Source: Candidatus Limnocylindrales bacterium (lineage in GTDB: Bacteria; Moduliflexota; Moduliflexia; Moduliflexales; JAUQPW01). Taken from it: a stretch of DNA of 64,000 bases. The translations under genes were made by a program, and so were the position numbers. How positions within the stretch are numbered: the first letter of the stretch is position 1; each line of letters opens with the position of its first letter. The stretch is from NCBI GenBank assembly GCA_035559535.1, contig DATMBG010000022.1, positions 256,568 to 320,567 of the forward strand, read 5' to 3'. Positions 30,314 through 39,998 of this stretch are shown here, piece by piece. The notes under the pieces are model-generated. The model worked only from the letters and a program-made list of their open reading frames with translations. It made no database searches and was not told the DNA's origin.

Positions 30314-31063
30314 ATGGAGACAAAGACGGTATATCTAAAAATTAAACGGCAAAGGAGACCTGAGGAGGCACCCTATTGGGAGGAATTTGAAATTCCTTAT
30401 CGACCCAATATGAACGTGATCATAGCCCTGCAAGATATTCAGAAAAATCCGGTTACCCGGCAAGGACAGAAGACAACGCCGGTTGTCTGGGATTGTAATT
30501 GTTTGGAAGAAGTCTGCGGGGCCTGTTCGATGATCATTAACGGTCAGGTCAGACAGGCCTGTTCGACTCTGATCGATAAACTCTATCAACCCATTGTCCT
30601 GGCACCCATGACCAAATTCCCGGTTATTCGGGACCTGCTGGTGGACCGGAGCCGCATGTTCGAGAGTCTAAAAAAAATAAAAGGCTGGATTCCCATTGAT
30701 GGGACCTATGATTTGGGACCGGGTCCCAGAATGGCCGAATCTGAACGGCGTAAAGCCTATGACTTTTCCCGATGCATGACCTGTGGCTGTTGCCTGGAGG
30801 TCTGTCCACAGGTAAATCCCTTATCTGAATTTATGGGCCCGGCTGCATTGGGACAGGTCCGGTTATTTAATACCCACCCAACCGGACAAATGAACCAAGC
30901 AGAACGATGGGAAGCTATTATGGGACCCGATGGTATTGTCAATTGTAGTAACGATCAAAATTGTGTGAAAGCCTGTCCGAAAAATATCCCTTTAACCGAA
31001 GCCATTGCAGAGCTTAACCGGGACCTGACATTCTACGGTATCTTAGGATTATTGAGGAGATAA
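30314..31063 (+). CDS. sdhB: Succinate dehydrogenase iron-sulfur subunit
   Basis: CLEEVCGAC...QAC; CMTCGCCLEVCP; CSNDQNCVKACP. Confidence 0.95.
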   Translation: METKTVYLKIKRQRRPEEAPYWEEFEIPYRPNMNVIIALQDIQKNPVTRQGQKTTPVVWDCNCLEEVCGACSMIINGQVRQACSTLIDKLYQPIVLAPMTKFPVIRDLLVDRSRMFESLKKIKGWIPIDGTYDLGPGPRMAESERRKAYDFSRCMTCGCCLEVCPQVNPLSEFMGPAALGQVRLFNTHPTGQMNQAERWEAIMGPDGIVNCSNDQNCVKACPKNIPLTEAIAELNRDLTFYGILGLLRR

Positions 31064-31251
31064 CCGACTTGACCGGTGTAAGGATTCTAAATATCCAACG
31101 ACAGATAAGTAAGTCAACCTATCAGAAATTGTAAAAACTGAAAGGATTCCCCTGAATGGCCGATTCCCTATAGAAGCTACAAAGTAAAGAAGAGTTGAAT
31201 CCTGGAAAATAGGTTCTTCGTACTTTTGTAGTAGATTACCTGTGAAAGACT

Positions 31252-31836
31252 ATGTCTCGAAAAACCACAGATCCCAAACGAATACCTCCGGGCCAAACGG
31301 TTACGGAGAAATTTCCTGTACTTCATGTAGGTTCTATTCCAACCTTCGATGAAAAAACCTGGGATTTCCGGGTTACCGGACTTGTAGAAAACCCAATACG
31401 ACTGACCTGGAGTGAGTTTCTTCAACTTCCCAAAGTAACTATTATCAGCGATTTCCATTGTGTAACGACCTGGAGTCGCTTCGATAACGTTTGGGAAGGG
31501 GTTAGTTTCAGATATCTTGCAGATCTGGTTAAGCCGAAACCGGAAGCCCGGTATGTTGTGACCGATGATGGGAGGGGTTATACTGCCAATCTTCCCCTGG
31601 AGGTTTTGATGGATGAGGACGTTCTGTTTGCTTACAAACACGACGGTCAGCCCCTAGCCCCTGAACATGGAGGCCCCCTTCGATTGGTGGTTCCTAAAAG
31701 GTATGCCTGGAAATCTACCAAATGGGTTCGCGGGGTTCGCTTCCTCCAGGAAGATGAACCGGGTTACTGGGAAGTTAGAGGGTATAGTAATACAGCCGAT
31801 CCCTGGACAGAAGATCGATTCAGCCAGGGCTGGTAA
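31252..31836 (+). CDS. Sulfite oxidase-like molybdopterin oxidoreductase (YuiH-like)
   Basis: PPGQ, DFHCVT.WS, W.GV, HGGPLRLVVP..Y.WKS.KW, GYWE.RGY. Confidence 0.88.
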   Translation: MSRKTTDPKRIPPGQTVTEKFPVLHVGSIPTFDEKTWDFRVTGLVENPIRLTWSEFLQLPKVTIISDFHCVTTWSRFDNVWEGVSFRYLADLVKPKPEARYVVTDDGRGYTANLPLEVLMDEDVLFAYKHDGQPLAPEHGGPLRLVVPKRYAWKSTKWVRGVRFLQEDEPGYWEVRGYSNTADPWTEDRFSQGW

Positions 31837-31944
31837 TACAAAGAGGCAGGATATTAGATACACGAGAATACGGGGACAGGGAGGTTATTTCCTCGTCTCC
31901 ATGTCCTCGCATTGTTTATGACTTATATCCCCGCGTCGGAAATT

Positions 31945-32310
31945 TTATCGCGGATTGGCGGGTACCCATACCTGATGTTGGGGAATCCACTGACCATTAA
32001 CCCACTGACCAGGAACTGTGACCCAATAACCAGCCCCGGGGTTGTAAGTAGAATAACCTAAAGTTGGATTACCGTATTGACCGTATCTTTGCTGATCATA
32101 TTTATCCATGGCATTTCCGATCACAGCCCCGGTTAACCCACCTAATGCCGTACCGATTAAAGTACTCTGTGTATCATGGCCAATGGCCTGTCCAGCCAGA
32201 GCTCCAGCCCCAGCACCTATGGCAGCTCCGGTTTCCGTTCGATACCCGGCACAACCCGCCGTCCACAACAAAAGACCTATAACCAGTAAAATTAAACCTG
32301 GCTTTTTCAT
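31945..32310 (-). CDS. Glycine-zipper lipoprotein
   Basis: Lipobox TAGC; GAAIGAGAGALAG...GTALGGLTGAVIG; C-terminal WVTVPGQW..GQWIP. Confidence 0.8.
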   Translation of the reverse strand: MKKPGLILLVIGLLLWTAGCAGYRTETGAAIGAGAGALAGQAIGHDTQSTLIGTALGGLTGAVIGNAMDKYDQQRYGQYGNPTLGYSTYNPGAGYWVTVPGQWVNGQWIPQHQVWVPANPR

Positions 32311-32734
32311 GTTATCTCATCTCCTTTATCTTAGATGCTAGAAAAGCCTTAGCCCAACTGGATCCTTTTAACCCTTGGCTTCTCTAACTTCTAATTCCTA
32401 TATTAATATAAGCGATTATTTCCAACCCGCAAGGAGTATACCATCCATTGAGATTTATCTCTCCAAACAAGGAAGACGTTGCCAAAATAAAAAAGTTGCA
32501 AAAATTCTTGAAACTCTCCTAAAAAAATCTTCAAGGTGAATACGAAATTCCCATTGACAAAACCTATTTTTATAAGGAAAATCCAGGGGTAAAAATCAAA
32601 TTCATCCACACCTTGTTTCCAGGCCGGAACCTCACAGAGGATAACCGGAAGGATTCAACTCTTTTTCACATTCTTAAGTCAACAACCCGGGGCCCTGCCT
32701 GGAGCTGAGAACAGGGAAGAAGGAAAGAATTTGC

Positions 32735-34246
32735 ATGCTAAATTTGGAGTCTATTCCAAGCTCGTTCCATAGCTTTTTTCTGGGAAGTTATAGCCTGACT
32801 CTGATAAGTATTTTTTTCTTTAGCTTTATTATATTCTTCGGTCAGGCCCGTTGGATTTCCCGGCTTAAATTTATTTTATTATCGATTCTGGTCTGGTTTA
32901 CACTGTTTATAGGTTTCTACCCCCTGGTCAGAGATAACTTCCAACTGAATCGTTACTTTGAACTGTACCTGATTTCTTATTTGTTTGCATTTATTTTCAT
33001 GCTTCACCAGGTCAATTACCGGAATTATGCACTTTTTCCCCTGATAACTTTACTCAACGGAACCGGACTTCTCTTACTCTATCGCTTGAGTTATTTTTCT
33101 CATCTGAACACGCAAAAAGAGTTCAGCAAACAGGCTTTATTTTCGGCGGTTGGACTTTTTTTTATGGTTTTAACCACCTGGACCCTTAAGGTAACCCTTC
33201 AGGTCGATGTACACAGGGATAGCTTTGCCTTGTTAAAACCCCCCAAACTGGATCTAGTCCTGGGCTGGATCATTAACCACCTGATATTTAATAACTTTGT
33301 GTCTTATCACTTCTGGCTCATTATCACGCTTATTTTATTGACAATTCCCATTATCTTTGGAACAGGCATGCGGATCACTTTAAGTGGGGTTCAGTTTCAA
33401 CCCAGTGAGTTTGTTAAAGTTACGTTTATTTTTTACCTTACCTATCATTTGGTTAAATATCGAGAAAAGATCGGAGGATGGGAAACACCTCTTCGCCAAC
33501 GGTTAGGATTTCTTATCTTTCCCCTAATAACCTTATCTTTACCTTTTGCTGGTTATGTTCTCCAAAAGGATTTTGGACCTTTGATGCTCTATTCGTTGGT
33601 GTTGATGGCCATGTTCTTTGTCGGAACATCTCGGATATTTGAGGTTGCTTTCATCATAAGTCTTTTTACCCTGATTATTTACGTGTATAATACTTTCTCC
33701 TCGGTTATCAATGCCGTTATACCAAAATACGCTTCGATTATTGTGGATCGGATCAATATCTGGCAAAATCCCTGGTTGCACACAAAGGGTGAGCAAATTG
33801 TTCGTTCTTTATGGGCCATTAAAGAGGGAGGGCTCTGGGGAACAGGCCTGGGGGCTGGACATCCTGAATTTTTTCCTTCTGAGGTTCAGCATGACTTTAT
33901 TTTTACCTTAATGACCCATGAATTAGGCCTGTTGGGTGGTTTCTTGATCATCCTGGCTTATATTGGTTTTTGTCTTTTGGGGATCCGAATTGCCTTTGCA
34001 AACCGTAAAGATTATACCTGGAATGCTAAATGGGCTGAACTTCGACTTATCCTTGCCTTGGGATGTACTTTGATTATTTTTGTCCAAGCCATGATTAATA
34101 TCGGTGGGGTTATCAATTTTAGCTTGATGACCGGGATCACCTTACCTTTCGTAAGTTATGGAGGGACTTCCATTATGGTGAGTTATATCGTGGTAGGGAT
34201 ATTATTGTTTTGTTCCCTCAGCCGAAGGGAGTTTACTTTCGTTTAA
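32735..34246 (+). CDS. SEDS family protein (FtsW/RodA/SpoVE)
   Basis: Multi-TM protein; FQPSEFVK, QKDFG, GG..G.GLG.G, HDFIF....E.G, TGITLPFVSYGGTS. Confidence 0.9.
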   Translation: MLNLESIPSSFHSFFLGSYSLTLISIFFFSFIIFFGQARWISRLKFILLSILVWFTLFIGFYPLVRDNFQLNRYFELYLISYLFAFIFMLHQVNYRNYALFPLITLLNGTGLLLLYRLSYFSHLNTQKEFSKQALFSAVGLFFMVLTTWTLKVTLQVDVHRDSFALLKPPKLDLVLGWIINHLIFNNFVSYHFWLIITLILLTIPIIFGTGMRITLSGVQFQPSEFVKVTFIFYLTYHLVKYREKIGGWETPLRQRLGFLIFPLITLSLPFAGYVLQKDFGPLMLYSLVLMAMFFVGTSRIFEVAFIISLFTLIIYVYNTFSSVINAVIPKYASIIVDRINIWQNPWLHTKGEQIVRSLWAIKEGGLWGTGLGAGHPEFFPSEVQHDFIFTLMTHELGLLGGFLIILAYIGFCLLGIRIAFANRKDYTWNAKWAELRLILALGCTLIIFVQAMINIGGVINFSLMTGITLPFVSYGGTSIMVSYIVVGILLFCSLSRREFTFV

Positions 34247-34322
34247 CCGTTTGAGAATATTTTTTTCTTGATCTTCGTCTTGTTTACGCCTATTATAATT
34301 TATAACCTTAATCAGGAGTTCT

Positions 34323-35930
34323 ATGCTGGATCATAATATCCTCATAGTTGGAACAGATCCCAGTGTGGTCGGTTTACTGAACATCCATCTGGAGGAAGAG
34401 GGGTTTTCAGTTTCCATTTCCGATAATATCCCCGATAGTCTTTCTTACCTGGAAAGAAAGAAGTTCGATCTGGTGGTGTTAGATCTTACGGAACTGGGAG
34501 CCGAACTTTATCACAGGGTCGGGAGTAATCCTGAAACCGCGGACATTCCTTTTATTTTATTGAATCCCTGGGGGGAAAAAATCTCCTTTACCCCCCGTTC
34601 TCGAGATCACATTGTGGAAGATATGAACATGGAGGAGATTGTAGGCAAGGTCAAAGATCTTCTCCATATTACCCAGGAACTGCAAAAATCGAATTCTAAA
34701 CCGTCTGTTAAAGTCCAGGAACCGGAAAGTGCACCTGCAGAACTTCCCATAACAGTGGAAGATGGGGTTGTGTTTAAAGGATGTCTGGAGAAAATAAGGA
34801 TCGATGAGATTTTAAGAGGCCTCTCCCTGATGGGAAAGAGTGGTAAACTTCTGGTCACGTATGGAGAGCGAAAGGGCTTTCTTTACTTTACGCAAGGTCA
34901 TGTGGTCCATGCAGTGACCGGAAATTTAAAAGGGGAAAAGGCGGTATACCGGCTCCTCCTCTGGCATAAGGGACAATTTTTATTTGATCCCCAGACCATC
35001 TTAATAGAACAAAACATCCATACTCCCACGGAGACCCTTCTCATCGAATGCTCTCGACGTCTGGATCAATACAAACACCTGCTTACCCAGCTTCCCTCTT
35101 TAGAAACACGGATCGAGACGTTATCCCTGAGCCAGCTTAAGTCCTTAAACTCCCAGGAGATGAAGATTTTGAGTATAGCCAACCGTCAGCCGACCCTTCT
35201 ACGCCTTATCGAGACATGTCCCCTGGATGATGGAATTACCCTTCAGATCGTAGCCCGGTTCTACAAGCAGAAGGTCATCGGTCCGGTAGAAGAAGAGGAA
35301 GAAGAAGCTACCCAAGCAATCCCATCCCCGGAACCTACAGCGGCTTTAGAGGGTAACCTGAAAGAGATTAATATTGGGGAAGTCATTCAAATTCTGGTAC
35401 TAAGCCGGAAGGAAGGAAGGCTTCTGGTTGCCTGGGAGGATCGTAAAGGGGAAGTTTACATCCAGAATGGAAACATTACCTATGCGACGGTCGAGCGTCT
35501 CAAAGGGGAGAGTGCCGTCTACCGGCTCCTAACCTGGCGAGAAGGAAAATTTCGCTTTGACACCGGGGTTACCCTAAAGGGTCGTAACGTTCAAAAATCC
35601 CTGGAAAGTATCTTCTTCGAAGGTCTGGATATTTTAGAAGAATATAAGCGGTTTATGGAACAATTCCCTTCCCTGACGGCTTACGTGGAGGTTATCTCGG
35701 TTACGGGTCAAGAAAAGATCACACCAGATGAGGCAAAGATTCTAAAAGTCGTTAATGAATCGGATACCCTCCAGGATATTATTCACCACAGTCCCTTTGA
35801 AGATCTCAAGACGCTCAAAATTTTGAGTAAGCTTTATTCGGATCGTATCATCGGAATAAGTAAAGGGGCACCGGATAAAAAGTCCCAATCGGTTAATTAT
35901 GATCAAATCGCAGATGATTTGTTTGGATAA
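34323..35930 (+). CDS. Degenerate receiver domain plus two DUF4388 (PATAN-like) domains
   Basis: N-terminal REC-like fold; two repeats of G.L....I.E....L....K.G.L.V.....G..Y...G....A......GE.AVYRLL.W..G.F.F. Confidence 0.8.
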   Translation: MLDHNILIVGTDPSVVGLLNIHLEEEGFSVSISDNIPDSLSYLERKKFDLVVLDLTELGAELYHRVGSNPETADIPFILLNPWGEKISFTPRSRDHIVEDMNMEEIVGKVKDLLHITQELQKSNSKPSVKVQEPESAPAELPITVEDGVVFKGCLEKIRIDEILRGLSLMGKSGKLLVTYGERKGFLYFTQGHVVHAVTGNLKGEKAVYRLLLWHKGQFLFDPQTILIEQNIHTPTETLLIECSRRLDQYKHLLTQLPSLETRIETLSLSQLKSLNSQEMKILSIANRQPTLLRLIETCPLDDGITLQIVARFYKQKVIGPVEEEEEEATQAIPSPEPTAALEGNLKEINIGEVIQILVLSRKEGRLLVAWEDRKGEVYIQNGNITYATVERLKGESAVYRLLTWREGKFRFDTGVTLKGRNVQKSLESIFFEGLDILEEYKRFMEQFPSLTAYVEVISVTGQEKITPDEAKILKVVNESDTLQDIIHHSPFEDLKTLKILSKLYSDRIIGISKGAPDKKSQSVNYDQIADDLFG

Positions 35931-36041
35931 CTAACCCTCAGTTGTCCGTTGCTGTCGGGCCATGGAGAAAGGCACAGTAAATATTCGCTTCCAGATATGT
36001 GAAGTCTCCATGGCTTACTAGATAACGGACCCTAGACAGCT

Positions 36042-36314
36042 ATGTCAGGAGTTGTATCCTTTAAAAAGGGTGAAGAAGGAAGTGACAATCACAAAGTATT
36101 GGAGTTAATTTTTGAAACGGCCAGTGAGTTAGTACCTAAAATTGTTGATAATGTAACCAAAACCTTGAATCGTTCCAGTTTCACCATCAAATGCACGGCC
36201 GAATATAATAAAGACGATGAGCTGGTGATTAAGGTCAGCGGAGCCTGTTCGCTCCCGACAGAAACCATCGAGCGAAAAGGAGAGATTCTCGAAGGTAAAT
36301 TGAAGCTATGGTAG
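36042..36314 (+). CDS. Hypothetical protein (90 aa)
   Basis: Fills the gap between co-oriented genes with protein-like composition; no motif recognised. Confidence 0.6.
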   Translation: MSGVVSFKKGEEGSDNHKVLELIFETASELVPKIVDNVTKTLNRSSFTIKCTAEYNKDDELVIKVSGACSLPTETIERKGEILEGKLKLW

Positions 36315-36431
36315 ATCAATAAAACGTAATGGGTAATGCGTAATAGATAAAAAATGACCGGTTATTTAAGGAACTCTAAGCAGGTGTTACCATTACGTTT
36401 TACCTGTTACGTTTTACAGCCTACGTAGTTC

Positions 36432-37661
36432 ATGGATTATCCAAAACTGCGTTACATTAATGCATTCCCCGTAGAGCATGAAGGGCAAAACCTGATTTGT
36501 ATTCAAGACCCTGCAGGTTTTTGTGAAAAAGTTTTTTTTGTTTCCTATCCCCTTTTTACCTTAATGGCTTTTTTTGATGGTCAGCACTCCATTCGGGATA
36601 TTCAGGTAGAATACATGCGCCGCTATGGGGAACTTCTCTATAAGGAAAACATTGTGGCGTTGATTAACGAGTTGGATAATCACTTACTGCTGGAGAGTGA
36701 GCGATTTGAGGCCCATCGCAAGAAATTAGAGAATGAATTCAGGCAGTTAACGTATCGTCCGGCGGCCCTGGCCGGAAAGAGTTACGAAGCGGATCCCGTT
36801 CGTTTGGAGAATCAACTACTCAGCTTTTTTACCTCTCCGGAGGGGCCCGGCCCCATCCCGGAGACTAAACCTTCAAGAACCCTCAAAGGGGTCATAGCTC
36901 CCCATGTGGATCTTCGAAACGGGGGACCCTGTTTTGCCTGGGCCTATCAAGAAATCCAGACCTGCTCAGAAGCCGATCTTTTTATCATCTTTGGTACGGC
37001 CCATAACCCAACCAGGGGGTTTTTTACCCTTACCACGAAGGATTTTGAAACCCCTCTGGGAACCGTGGAAACCGATAAAGAGTTCATCCAGGAATTGGAA
37101 AAAAAATATCCCTACGACCTTTATCAAGACGAATTAAATCATAAAACCGAACACTCGGTTGAATTCCAGGTTGTGTTCCTTCGCTATCTTTACCGGAACC
37201 GCCGACCCATCAAAATCCTCCCCATCCTCTGTGGTTCCCTCCATGAACTCATTGTAACCGGGGTTAATCCCATGACGGTTCCGGAAGTGAAGGATTTTAT
37301 TCAAGCTCTCCGGGAGGTCATCACAGCCCGGTCTTCTAAAGTTTGCATGATCGCCGGAGCCGATCTGAGTCACATTGGTCCCCGTTACGGAGACCCTGAA
37401 GCACCTTCCCAGGCTTTCCGTAAATACATTGCCCGGGAAGACCTTTCTATGCTTCAGCAGATCGAACAGCTAAGCCTGGAAGGATTTTTTCAATCTATTC
37501 ACAAAGATCATAACAAGCGTAGAATTTGCGGAGTGGCTCCGATTTATGCCTTATTGGCTTCCCTGGATGCCTCCCAGGGTAAGCTCCTTAAATATGATCA
37601 GACCATCATAGATCCTGTAACGCAATCGGTCGTCAGCTTCGCCAGTATGGCTTTCTATTAA
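36432..37661 (+). CDS. MEMO1 family (AmmeMemoRadiSam protein B) with N-terminal extension
   Basis: RPAALAG.SY, APHVD, GTAH, F.TPLG, EHSVEFQ, ADLSHIG, ICG..P. Confidence 0.88.
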   Translation: MDYPKLRYINAFPVEHEGQNLICIQDPAGFCEKVFFVSYPLFTLMAFFDGQHSIRDIQVEYMRRYGELLYKENIVALINELDNHLLLESERFEAHRKKLENEFRQLTYRPAALAGKSYEADPVRLENQLLSFFTSPEGPGPIPETKPSRTLKGVIAPHVDLRNGGPCFAWAYQEIQTCSEADLFIIFGTAHNPTRGFFTLTTKDFETPLGTVETDKEFIQELEKKYPYDLYQDELNHKTEHSVEFQVVFLRYLYRNRRPIKILPILCGSLHELIVTGVNPMTVPEVKDFIQALREVITARSSKVCMIAGADLSHIGPRYGDPEAPSQAFRKYIAREDLSMLQQIEQLSLEGFFQSIHKDHNKRRICGVAPIYALLASLDASQGKLLKYDQTIIDPVTQSVVSFASMAFY

Positions 37662-37695
37662 ACCCTGGAGGGTGAAAGGCCGTTATTTAAAAGCT

Positions 37696-38784
37696 ATGAA
37701 CTATCAAATCGCCGTAATTCCCGGAGATGGAATTGGTCCTGAAGTTATTAACGAAGGAATTAAAGTGATAGAGGCTGTTCAGCGCCGTATTCCTGGATTA
37801 AGTTTGAAATTTACCCGCTATAAGGCCGGAGCCGACTGCTATCGGGAAACCGGAATTCCTTTCCCAAAGGAAGCTTACAAAGCCTGTATAGAAGCCGATG
37901 CAATTTATTTGGGAGCCGTTGGTTATCCCGATGTTCTCATGCCGGACGGGACAGAAATAGCCGGAGAGGTCGTCTTGAAACTTCGCTTCGATCTGGATCT
38001 TTATGCCGGGGTCCGTCCCATTAAATTGTATCCGGGTATTGACTCCGTTCTTAAAGGTCGAACTGCAGGGGACATCGATTATGTCATTTTAAGAGAAAAC
38101 ACGGAAGGATTGTACGCTTCCCGGGGAGGTGGAAACCTTTTAAGAGGGGAAGTAACCACCGATACCATGGTTTTGACCCGTAAGGGGACCGAACGGATTA
38201 TCCGATATGCCTTTGAATTGGCGAAAAAGCGAAAAGGGGCACCTAAGGATGGGAGAAAGCGAGTAACCTGCGTGGATAAGGCCAATGTTCTTAAAAGCTA
38301 TGCCTTTTTCCGAAAAATCTATCATGAAGTTGCCAGAGATTATCCGGATATAGATCGAGATTATGCCTACATTGATGCCATGGTTCTCTGGATGAACCAG
38401 ATACCTGAACACTACGATGTTATCGTCACTGAAAATATGTTCGGGGATATCATTTCGGACCTGGCTGCCAGCACCGTAGGCGGCATGGGTATGGCCCCTT
38501 CTGGAGATATCGGCGACCATCACGCGGTTTTTCAACCCTCCCATGGAACGGCCCCGACCCTGGCCGGAAAAGGAATTGCCAACCCCCTTGCAACCATCTT
38601 ATCCGGGAGTATGATGCTGGAGTGGCTGGGTTCCCGGCATCGAGATGCTCAGGCCCTTGAGGCCGCCCAGAAAATTGAGGAAGCCGTTACCCGGGTTCTG
38701 GCCGAAGGAAAAGTCCGAACTCCAGATATCGGGGGAAGTGCAAAAACCTGGGAAGTGGGAGACGCCATTGTAGAAAGACTTTGA
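37696..38784 (+). CDS. Isocitrate/isopropylmalate/tartrate dehydrogenase family protein
   Basis: [47 protein letters not shown]. Confidence 0.9.
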   Translation: MNYQIAVIPGDGIGPEVINEGIKVIEAVQRRIPGLSLKFTRYKAGADCYRETGIPFPKEAYKACIEADAIYLGAVGYPDVLMPDGTEIAGEVVLKLRFDLDLYAGVRPIKLYPGIDSVLKGRTAGDIDYVILRENTEGLYASRGGGNLLRGEVTTDTMVLTRKGTERIIRYAFELAKKRKGAPKDGRKRVTCVDKANVLKSYAFFRKIYHEVARDYPDIDRDYAYIDAMVLWMNQIPEHYDVIVTENMFGDIISDLAASTVGGMGMAPSGDIGDHHAVFQPSHGTAPTLAGKGIANPLATILSGSMMLEWLGSRHRDAQALEAAQKIEEAVTRVLAEGKVRTPDIGGSAKTWEVGDAIVERL

Positions 38785-38804
38785 GAAAAAAGGAGGGATA
38801 GGTC

Positions 38805-38900
38805 ATGAAAGAGTTTGTAGCCGTTGTTCTCGGTCTTTTGATGGGGAGTACTATTGTACTTGTCAGTATTTCTATTGGATACCTGATAGCCTCTCACTGA
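38805..38900 (+). CDS. Small single-TM protein, 31 aa (MKEFVAVVLGLLMGSTIVLVSISIGYLIASH)
   Basis: Strong RBS AGGAGG 8 nt before the ATG; fully hydrophobic core; below the length cutoff of the ORF track. Confidence 0.55.
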   Translation: MKEFVAVVLGLLMGSTIVLVSISIGYLIASH

Positions 38901-38928
38901 GGAAAGAGATGGGATTAAAAAAAGGGAA

Positions 38929-39004
<76 letters not shown>

Positions 39005-39049
39005 ATACTTTTTGAAAACAACCAGTACTCTATTTATTTGACCGGTATT

Positions 39050-39709
39050 CTACGTTTCCCAGCCGTACTTTCCGAGCAGTTTTACAAAGGTACATTGGCA
39101 AATCTTCTGGACTTCGAAGGTATCGCCTTTTTTTGTAAAAACCTTCAGGTGTTGTAATAATTTATTTCCAATGGGAATAACCAGTCGACCCCCATCGACC
39201 AATTGTTCCAGAAGGGGTTTCGGGAGGTTTGGAGCACTGGCCGTAACGATGATCCCGTTATAAGGGGCATGTTCTTTCCAACCCAGGGTTCCATCGCCAA
39301 CCTTAATAAGAACGTTATAGTATCTTAAATAATCCAAAATTTTCCAGGCCTTTGTAGCCAGAGAGGGGAGACGTTCTATGGAAAAAACCTGATAAGCCAG
39401 TTCTGCCAGAACAGCCGTCTGATAGGCAGAACCAGTCCCGATTTCTAAAATGCGGTCTTCGGGATCTATCTTCAAAGCCTGGGTCATGACTCCCACCATA
39501 TAAGGTTGGGAAATCGTCTGGTTTTCTCCTATAGGAAGGGGGTAATCATCATAGGCCCGATCTTGAAGTGCCTCCTCTACAAACAAATGCCTGGGGACTT
39601 TGGTCATTGCCGCAAGGACTCGGGCATCTTGAATTCCTCTCTGTATAAGCTGCTCCTCCACCATACGTTTCCGTGCTTTTTCAAAATCTACAATGGATAA
39701 CCCGATCAT
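39050..39709 (-). CDS. pcm: Protein-L-isoaspartate O-methyltransferase
   Basis: VPRHLFV, QTISQPY, LEIGTGS.YQ, GDG..GW...APY, GGRLVIP. Confidence 0.95.
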   Translation of the reverse strand: MIGLSIVDFEKARKRMVEEQLIQRGIQDARVLAAMTKVPRHLFVEEALQDRAYDDYPLPIGENQTISQPYMVGVMTQALKIDPEDRILEIGTGSAYQTAVLAELAYQVFSIERLPSLATKAWKILDYLRYYNVLIKVGDGTLGWKEHAPYNGIIVTASAPNLPKPLLEQLVDGGRLVIPIGNKLLQHLKVFTKKGDTFEVQKICQCTFVKLLGKYGWET

Positions 39710-39748
39710 TTTATCCTTTTTTTTAATCTATCCGGTCCTAAAAGTAAG

Positions 39749-39825
<77 letters not shown>

Positions 39826-39998
39826 ATAGAGTAATAGATTGGTGCTACCTCTGTAAAGCTATTTTAGGGTACACATCATACATTAAGTTGGTATTTTTAT
39901 CCTGTCAAGTTCTTGCATTCCAAAATCTAGGGAATTAAATTTATTTGTCCGGTAAGATTTAGCTTTACAATTTTGAGTCCCGATGATAATTTCACCTT

